Positions 54,666-64,000 of a DNA stretch of 64,000 bases are shown in pieces. Within the stretch, counting starts at the first letter, position 1, and each line of letters starts with the position of its first letter. A model generated the notes under the pieces. That model saw only the letters and a list, made by a program, of their open reading frames with translations. It was not told the origin of the DNA and made no database searches. Source of the stretch: Eledone cirrhosa (lineage: Eukaryota); contig OZ024740.1 in assembly GCA_964016885.1 (NCBI GenBank), forward strand, positions 60,450,001-60,514,000, in the 5' to 3' direction. A program made the translations under genes and the position numbers.

Positions 54666-56104
54666 AGCCAAACTTATGAATACTATGAAAGAACTTCTGT
54701 AATAACGGTAATTAAATGGAAATCTTTCAATATTTTGTAAATATATCAATATTTATGTAAATATAGTTCCACCATTCTATATTAAATTTTCATAACTATC
54801 ATTAACCCGTTCAGTGGACCAGTAAAAAATGATATGTCAAAAGAAGCCGTCATTTTTGACGACAGTAGTGGTTATGAACTTATATAACGTTGTGATCAAT
54901 CATATTCAGCAAGTGGTATACATTTATTTACGTACGTGTTATTGGTAATATTAACTATAGAGTGTGAAATACGTGGCGAATTGGCAGAGTCGTTAGAACG
55001 TCAGATAGAATGTTCTGCACTATTTTCCGGCTCTCTCTGTTCTGAGTTCAAATCCCGCCAATGTCAACTTCGCCTTTCAACCTTTTGCTGTCGGTCGAAA
55101 AAAACCGGAAATATCAGTCCCGTATTTGGGATCGTGTGTAGCTTTGCTAGTTATTACTACTGTAGCGCTATGCGCCCTTTATTTGATTAACTAATTGTTT
55201 ACTTATCAGCGCGACAACTCTCCCTTTCTTTCTTTCTCTCCCCTCTCTCACACACATACACATTATCTCTCTCTATCTCTTTTTGACAAAAGTATGTTTA
55301 TATTTCCAACCACACAACTTGTATGCGGAGTATTCTGTCCTGTTTCTAGTTGTAAAACCTTATATTGCTAATTGTTTACGTACTAGCTTTACTCTCTTAG
55401 TCGAAAGATATCCACGTGTTGTCCTCTGTCACGATGTTCTGTTGTCTTCATGCATCATTCTAGCGCCTTGTTCTAAGCCACCCTGCAAAGTGGGAGCAAT
55501 ATTATGCATTACCACCCTGGTGCACGAAATGGCATTGCTCAGTGGGTGGCTGATGAGGAAGACAGTTTGTTCATTCATCTCACATATTTCGTTTTTCTCG
55601 TGTGCAGCTTTGCTATATATTACTACAATAATGCTACACGCCTCTTCTCTGGTTAACTGACTGTTATCAGTATGACAACTCTTTCTCTCTCTCAAACACA
55701 TGCACGCACTCAAACATTCACATACACACACACAAAAAAAAACACTCTCACATACACACTTCTTTTATGACAAAAGTTTATTTATATTTTCTTCCTTCAG
55801 GCGTTGCCAAATTGTTTTATTTTTCGTTTGCAACTTTGCTGTATAATAACGTGGTCTGAAGCACCGATTTATTGCATTCCAACACAACATCATTTGTTCC
55901 CGTAAGTAACGTATTGTGTCCACTCTGACATACAGATTTGTATTTACAATATACGATTTCTGTAAAATCGTGGAGTGAATGGCAAACGGCGATCTTGGAC
56001 GAATTCTATTTGTCTGGTTCGTTAATTTTTTTATTTTTTTTATTTTCCCCGTTCCTTCCTCTCATCACTCTTTACTTTCTATTTATCTTCTATTTCTAAA
56101 TCTA

Positions 56105-56140
56105 TCTTCTGATGAAGGACTAGTGTCCGAAACGTTAAGA
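56105..56140 (+). ncRNA. Minimal hammerhead ribozyme (36 nt)
   Basis: TCTT-CTGATGA-A-GGAC/GTCC-GAAA-CG-TT-AAGA; palindromic AACGTT in place of stem III. Confidence 0.8.
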
Positions 56141-56227
56141 ATCTCTTCCTAGTATTTCAAGCGTTAAACTAATATATTTCTCCCATGTACTGTGACATTT
56201 TGTTATTTCTGTTATTTCTGTTTACCG

Positions 56228-56305
<78 letters not shown>

Positions 56306-56397
56306 ACGAAGGGTATAATAATGAAAAGTTAGAAAGGTTATATGTGGTTATTAGTTGATATGATAATAACAATGTATAATAAGAATATGGGAATAGG

Positions 56398-57066
56398 TGT
56401 AATAACGTAAATATAAAAAATAAATGATTTGGTCATATATAGTTTACTTCACGTGAATCAATTAAAAAGTACATATAAAACAGTTACCAAGAGTTGTTAA
56501 TGTAGTTATTGCTGCTGATGTGAGGCTGTTGTAGTCTGTTGTTGTTGTTGGTGTGAAAACAGCGAGTGACAGATAATTGTTGTTGTTGTTGGAATTTGGA
56601 GTCCGTGGTAGTAGTTGTGAGACCGTAGTTAGTGACAGAGATATATGGTGTGTATATCTCTGAATGGTCTGTAATTGGTGGTAGACCACTGTGGCTTGTA
56701 CATGGTCTGTAGTAGTAGGGCTCCAATCTCTGTGTGTGTATCTGTAGACCTCATGGGGTCTGTTGATAGTGGTGAATCCTTACATAGTTAGTTGCTAGCG
56801 TAATGCTCCGATGTCTCTGGCTTTTCTGTAGACCTCTGGGGTCTGAAGTTAGCGGTTAATCTTTACATAGTTAGTTGTGTATCCTATCGCTCCGATATCT
56901 CTGTGTAAAGTGGGAAAATATAGGCTTTATATAGCTATCGCTCCCTGTCTCCCCACCTTGGGGGGGATAGCCAACACATCAACCTGTCTACACCAAAAGG
57001 GTGTTGACCTAGAATTTAACCTTTAGGTATCACCCAAAGTTCAAGGCGCGGACAGATTTCGCTGCA
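56398..57066 (-). mobile_element. Possible solo LTR
   Basis: TG..CA ends, TATA-like CTATATAAAAG on the minus strand at ~56925-56935, internal ~85-bp duplication; no target duplication found. Confidence 0.3.
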
Positions 57067-58568
57067 TATATATGTATATATATATATAAATGTATGTATG
57101 TATGTTCAGGTTCTGTTACAAGCGATTGCAATACTCTTAGCAGAGTCTGAAGCCATCATGTATGTATGTATGTATATATATATGTGTGAGTGAGTGTGTG
57201 TATGGGTGTGTATGTGCGTGTGTGTGTGTATGTGTGTGTCTGTGTGTGTATATGTGCGTGTGTCTGTGTATGTGTGTGTGTGTGTCTTTTATAACAAATA
57301 ATTATAATTAATATATACCACCTTGTATGAAAGATAACTGTTAGAATTAGGCATCCGTTTTCGGATGTTATAAATTACACCAGCAATTCTTTTACTAAGA
57401 GTAAACCATTTGTTTCTATTGTAAAGTTGCCTAGAAACCACTAACATTAGTTGTTGCGTTCAAGCTATGTTTAAATATAGTGATAACAAAAACTGCAGAT
57501 TAAGACAATAATCTCTTCTTAACGTCCTTTTGACAATATATTTTATTACTATTATATGTATATTAGCTAGGTCAAAGAGCGTTAGATATAAATGTATGAT
57601 ATTTAATATTCATTTACTTCCAGTCAGACAGGAGGGAAGGGCCAAGATAGCGTAGGGCTACGATTTTGAGGTGTGTAGGTGTGTGTGTGTCTGTGTGTGG
57701 TGGGGGTTACTGTCCTGAAATTCAAGTTCTTTTAGTGTTCTTTTCCTTGTAAATACATCACCAACACTGCATTCACATGTGTATACCCTTAACCCACACA
57801 TAAACCATATGTATTTAACACTAAAATCGACCTGGAGAGAACGTTTTGCGGAGGCAAGTCGGCCTGGTCGGTGGCGTTTGCGGAAAGCGCGCTGGAACTC
57901 CTTGGCGGGGATGCAACAGAAGTCTGGCAAAACTTCCTAGAGCGCCTGGACGGCTGGATGGGGGAACTCCGAACTCCCTCAAAATATTTAACGGATAGAT
58001 TTAAATTGGGCCTATATTTCACATCTGGTTTGTGGCTTGGGCCTAGTGCCAGTGTTGAATGTGGGTGTCCTATATTTTACATCTGGCCTGGGACTATTAC
58101 CAGCGTTGCTTTCTTTTGTTGGTTCATTCCTTTTTTCTTACCCTTTTTCCTATTTTCCTTTCTTTATGTCCTTATTGCCATACATAATGTACAGGTTTTT
58201 ATTACTGGATATTTAATATTGCAGAAAATCTTAGGAAATTAAACAATTTAATGTATTGACCTTCGACAACTTAAACAGGTGGAATGGATATATTAGGTAA
58301 ATAAATATATCAATTTCAGTTTTTATATGTCAACATGCACATCAACGAGGGAAACTCTTCGTAGTTTATGGAACGGCAAAAATAGCAGCCAAATATCAAC
58401 CAAAATAAAAACACACTTCCTTCTGTTTTTTCTAAAGAAGGAAGGACTTAAGAACAGCAAAAAAATAAATATCGTTGATGAAAGCAAACACCCAAGCAAA
58501 GGTGTTTCCAACATAATATATACACACACACATACACACGCACACACACAAAAACACTCACACACCTG

Positions 58569-58679
<111 letters not shown>

Positions 58680-59216
58680 TTACGGGGACGATAAAATAAA
58701 GTACCAGTAATGTCCTGACCTTGTGCCAAAAGTAGAAACAATTATTAGTTGCAGGGCAATGGCTCTACCGGCCTACTCTTCCTCAATTTCTTCCAGTCAG
58801 GCTTTCATCAGCGAGATCCTCTGTAAGACGGCCGAAACTGACGTGGCCCCAAGCTCGAACGAACTTTGGCCGACTGGACAGGCGAAGGCTTCTCTGTCCC
58901 CCAGTATACAAATGTCCAGCGTAACTGGGAGGATATCAAATGAAGGTCTTCCTAAAGGCAGATCGAGTCTGGCTTGGATCAACGCTGCCTCGCCTGCCTC
59001 CGCTCCGCTTCACAGCCAAAGAGCTGTGCATGGCTCAATTCGGTGCCCTCATCAACAACCGGTATCCTTCCTTTTCAGTTTTTTAATAATTGTAGTGTTT
59101 TTCTAATTATTTTATAATCATTCATTGCTGTAGTTACTCATTTATTAAATTGTGCATATTTTTAATGAATGCATTTGAAAGGTTAAAGAAGATTTTTATT
59201 ATGATGATAGAATTTG

Positions 59217-59437
59217 AGCGCGATGGATTTGCAGTATCGGTAGAGTGTCGGACGCCATGCTTTGCAACATAGAATTACGGCCCTTTATGATCTGAGTTCA
59301 AATCCTATCGAGGTTAAATTTGCCTTTTATACTTAAGGGGTTGATAAAATAAAGTACCAGTCACGCACTGGGGTCAGTTTAATCGACTTTCCCCTTCCCC
59401 AAAATTGCTGGCCTTGTGCCTATATAAGATACCATTA
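59217..59437 (+). mobile_element. SINE family A, full-length copy
   Basis: tRNA-like head, GAGTTCAAATCC, family body and tail. Confidence 0.85.
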
Positions 59438-59619
59438 TGATGATAACATTTAGGTAACTAATTTCTCGAAATAACTTTATTAATTTCTTTATCCCTCTTA
59501 CTGTTAGCTACCACATTTGTGTGTTGCACAAGAGAACAACTGACAACTGTACACGTGCTTGTCTTTTTCAAATGTTCTGTGTCCTTTAATCTCCACGTTT
59601 TTTCAAAATTATATATATT

Positions 59620-60911
59620 CTAGCAGTGGTACTCGGCGTTGCACGGGATAAGGTATTTTGGAACGCGGGCTGCCAACAGACCTAATCGTGGAAAAACTGC
59701 ATGCCTGGACAATATGTAAAGAAAATAAACCGAATACTCTGATGGCTGGATAATCTTTAAGATTTTCACCTAATGCGAGCCCTAGACCATAACAAAGTTG
59801 GATTTACTTTGCTCACGGTATGAAGAAGAGATTAACTAATACATAGTTACAATTTCAAGGAAATCAGTCTCACGTAACGACTCAAAAAACCCCTAAAAAC
59901 CTGAAAAAACACAGTTTTTCAACTAATGCGGTCTCTAGGGAATCAAAAAGTTGAATTTGTTATGTGCATAACACTCCCTGAAACATAAGTAATACACATG
60001 TAAAGTTTGAAAAAAGTCCGTTGGGTACTTCTCGAGTTTTAGGGATTCAAACTCACAAACTCACAGACACACACACACACACAGACATCCTCAGAGAAGT
60101 GACGTAATGCAGACAGCCAGACATACAGACAGATATTAGAAGAGCGCGACGTTATATGTATGTATCTATCTAAAAAGAGAAAGACTAAGACTATAGAGAG
60201 AGATCGCTAAATCGCCTAATCCGGTCCCTAGGGCATTGAAAATTTGAAATTCTTTTTGCTCAGAACACTCCCTGAAACATAAGTATTACATGTGTAAAGT
60301 TTGAAAACAGTCGGTTGGGTGGTTCTCGAGTTTTAGGGATTCAAACTCACACACACAGACAGACATCCTCAGTTTTACATATATAGACTAGCAGAAAACC
60401 ACACGTGGGCGGTTTTCTGCTAGTCTATATATCTAAATCAGAGAATGTCTGTCTGTCTGTCTGTCAGCTCACTAAAACTTGAGAACCATCCAACCGATTG
60501 TTTTCAAACTTTAGACATGTAATACTTATGGTCCTGTGAGTGTTTTGAGCAAAAATTATTTCAAATTTTCACTGCCCTAGGGACCGCATTAGGCGATTTA
60601 GCGTTCTCTCTATATAATTCTTAGTCTTCCTTTTTAGATAGATACATAGATATAACGTTGCGCCCTTATAATATCTGTCTGTATGTCTGGCTGTCTGCAT
60701 TACGTCATTATGACGCGCTCAGTGTGTGTGTGTATATATATATGTATCGTAATGCAGACAGCAAGACATAGCTTTCCTTCCCCTCTTCCAGCGTCTCTCT
60801 CTCTCCCTCCCGCTATCCCCCTCTTGTACTCTGTCTCTTTCTTTCACTCTCACTCTCTCTCTCTACGCGTCGGACAGACAGACAGAGAAATTGCTGGTTA
60901 TATATTATAAG
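59620..60911. mobile_element. Non-autonomous Helitron cluster: full copy (-, 59620-60387), partial copy (+, from 60424), 5' end of a related family (-, to 60911)
   Basis: Homology to 17146-18099; TC and CTAG termini; related fragments at ~54230-54600 and ~61760-61908. Confidence 0.8.
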
Positions 60912-61914
60912 ATTACATATACGTATGTAACTATGTATATCATCATCATCATCCCCATTATATATATATATATAATATGGGCCGAAGCCGAAAAAAATTT
61001 TGTTTGGCAGCTCTAATTGCGCCTTAATTTTATTCAAAAAATTGTATACTAACATATTCGAATACCAGGCACTATTGGAATCAACAATAGCAGCGTCCTG
61101 ACAAAACACAAATTCGCGAGAATTAGTGTTTAAGGCTTGGAAGGTGGTAAAAAAATCCACAAAATCTTCCATTCTTTTTTTTTTTTTTATTATTTTTAAT
61201 AATATTTAAATAACTGGCGGTTAGAAAAAAATATTCCTATGAAATTTTAATCATACCATTAGGTGTGAATAAGGAAATATTTTTTTATTGTCAAAACAAA
61301 TGTTCAAAAGTTAAACTTCAATTTTTTGAATTATTTCCAATTTTTTCATGAAATTGAACACTGGACATTGGCTGCTGGAAATGGAAATCAAATCGTATTT
61401 AATTGTATTTAAATTTCTAACCTTTTTTTATTATTTATATTTTTTCAATAAGAAATAAAAAAAAACAACAACAAAAATTGAAGAAAAAAATTGAACAAAT
61501 CAAACGTAGGTTATGGAACTGCGCAATCTGATTAATAAATTACCTCATCAGCAGCAACCTTCTTCGAATGGTCCTTATTATCAGCAGCAACAACCACAAA
61601 TTCAATGGCAACCTTCTTCGCATGGTGTCAAGTCAGAACCGCCTCGAACTGGTTACTTCTGGCTTGTGTAACGTGTCTCTATGGCAACCAGCGATTCCCT
61701 CGGCCTCAGTGACCAAAGTCAGTGGAGAGGGGAGGTAATGTTTCTATATCACGTGTTTTAGCGTCTATTCACTCTCTCTCTCTTCCTCTCTCCCTCCCGC
61801 TATCCCCCTCTCGTAGTCTGTCTCTTTCTTTCACTCTCACTCTCTCTCTACGCACGTGTTTCTACTGTCGGACAGACAGACAGAGAAATTGCTGGTTATA
61901 TATATAAGTAGATA

Positions 61915-61962
<48 letters not shown>

Positions 61963-62007
61963 GGTTAAAGAGGAGTTGATCGATAACTATATACAGTGAT
62001 GTTTCAT

Positions 62008-62187
62008 ATAATTGTTTCTACTTTTGGAACAAGGCCAGCAATTACCCAGTACATTACTGGTACTTTATTTTATCGACCCCGTAAGGATGAAAGACAAAGT
62101 TAATCTCGACGGGATTTGAATTCAGACCGTAAAGGGACGTAACTATGCTGGAAAGCATGGCGTCCAACCCATACTGCCAAGTCACCT
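62008..62187 (-). mobile_element. SINE family A copy
   Basis: Colinear with 29711-29901. Confidence 0.8.
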
Positions 62188-62784
62188 TCATATAATGTCA
62201 CAAAGTTACAGACAAAAAATTTAAATATATACAAATACACGTTACATATGCTAGATATTAAAATGTATGCCACATTTGACAATAATAATTCTTTTCTGTA
62301 TAAATGCCTGCTGAGTTTTGAACAAAACATTAAGCGGCGTCACTGCATTGTTTGTTTGTTTTTTTATCTATATTTGGTTTTCTGTTTTAAATATCGGAGA
62401 TTATGATGATGTAAATAGAATTTTCAAATTTCAAAATAAAAAAAAAATTTTTTCATTTTTTTTTTTTGTATACGCAACCGATTGTAACATTTTCTCTCTT
62501 TTCTCCTCTTTTAAAGATATCAAATTATGATTCTGCAAAAATAAAAGGAGTTAGAGTTTAGAGTCTGGGTCTATTGCTAAGTTTAGATTTGAGGATTAGT
62601 GTGAAGTAGAAGTCAAACGAGTCACTCACATAGTCAACGAAATAATACATGATGGTTTCATACTTAATGACTGTTACCAGAGATGTACAAGAAGTTCTAT
62701 ACAAATGGCAGGCATACACTATACAGCACAGAATTAATCATAATTAACTGAGTGATGTCTAAAAACATCTGACTGATGATCATA

Positions 62785-63092
62785 TTGGTAGCCTCCTCAC
62801 AGCCCCGGCGGACAGAATGGAGAAGGCGTTTCTCCGGAGTTCGGCAAGGGAGACGCGCTGGTAAAGCCATTCCAGCTCGCGAGGCTCACACTTGCGGCTG
62901 GCCAGTTCAGCGCCTTTGGTGATGAGTAGGGAGGTAGTCCTAGGGCCGAGGACACCAGAAGTCTCTACTGCCAAGGGCACCACCGTGAATCTGTCGGAGA
63001 GCGACCGGTATTTGAGGAGTTTGGCCTCCTCAGCCCGACGTGCAGCGGAACCTGGGTTAGTCGCAGACTGCACCAGGTTGCGGCTGGAGAAG
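62785..63092 (-). pseudogene. CRE-clade retrotransposon restriction-like endonuclease fragment
   Basis: AEEAKLLKY..VPLAVETSGVLGP..WLYQRVSL..RRNAFSIL. Confidence 0.75.
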
Positions 63093-63700
63093 TCTATGGT
63101 TAGGTTTAAATTAAGGCATTATGGGCAAGGGTTTTAAGATTAAGGATTATAGTTAGTAGTAGAGATATGGTTTAAGGATATGGTTAGGGTTTTTGGTTTA
63201 TCGCAAGCATTATTGTCAGGAATACAAAAAGGTGGCTGGGATGAAAAGAAAAGTGAATTAGCGAAAAATCATTTTCGTGGTAGATTATAATGATTTAGAA
63301 AACCATTATCTAATCTGTATAACCAAACTTTAGTAAGAACTATTCGAATAAAAACTAAAAATCCCAAAAAGTTTATGAGGGTTGTTAAGTCAGAAACTCT
63401 ACTAAAATAGCATAGTAAGAAAAATTAAAGCTTTAAAGTGCGAAACTAAATAGTCTCTAGTTTTGTATTTGATATTCACTTTGATAGCGATATATCTTAA
63501 CTTTACATTCTCTCTCTCTCTCTTTATATTTATATATATATATATATATATGTACCCCCCCCCCCCCCCCCCCCTTCTATCTCTCTCTTCCATGAATTTA
63601 TTCTCAGTTTTTTAATAACTCCCGATATTAATTACATTTGCATCGGTGACGACGTTAGTGTTTTGTAAATGAAGATTATTTAGTGCAGATTCTTGACAGA

Positions 63701-63774
<74 letters not shown>

Positions 63775-63795
63775 TCACACACACACACTCACACA

Positions 63796-63884
<89 letters not shown>

Positions 63885-64000
63885 GTTGAGACAGTAAACA
63901 AAAAAGAACGTGGAAGGGAAGAGGCAGTACAAATGTTGGTATTCGTTTCACGCTTGATATATATATATTTAAAAAGCGGCTGACTTAAGAAGATTTGGAA

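Noticed and set aside
63095-63200. Interstitial telomeric repeat
   Set aside because: Only scattered GGTTAG-like words, no tandem TTAGGG array.

Overview
Gene-free, AT-rich eukaryotic repeat region. The (TA)n/(CA)n/(GA)n density and the tRNA-SINE families suggest an octopus-like cephalopod genome; this is inference from repeat style, not a database match. No host gene is recognisable, and most ORFs in the track are microsatellite artefacts. Penelope-like retroelements (PLEs) inserted in (TA)n tracts dominate. They include a near-complete but frameshifted Neptune-type element (RT + GIY-YIG, ~6790-10765), several Naiad-type copies (one forms a 3.8-kb near-perfect palindrome at 1478-5316), and many short non-coding units. 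By hand I can fold more than 15 type-I hammerhead ribozyme (HHR) motifs from about ten sequence families, several with non-canonical cores (U3-A8, U4A, A6G, U10.1-U11.1). At least two HHR units are ORF-less and circularly permuted (~530 and ~590 nt), i.e. retrozyme-like. Also present: a CR1-group LINE, RTE and CRE fragments, a Chapaev3-type DNA transposon with a TAA target duplication, Helitrons, Tc1/hAT/piggyBac-type MITEs and two SINE families. Coordinates of decayed elements are approximate; ribozyme activity is not demonstrated.
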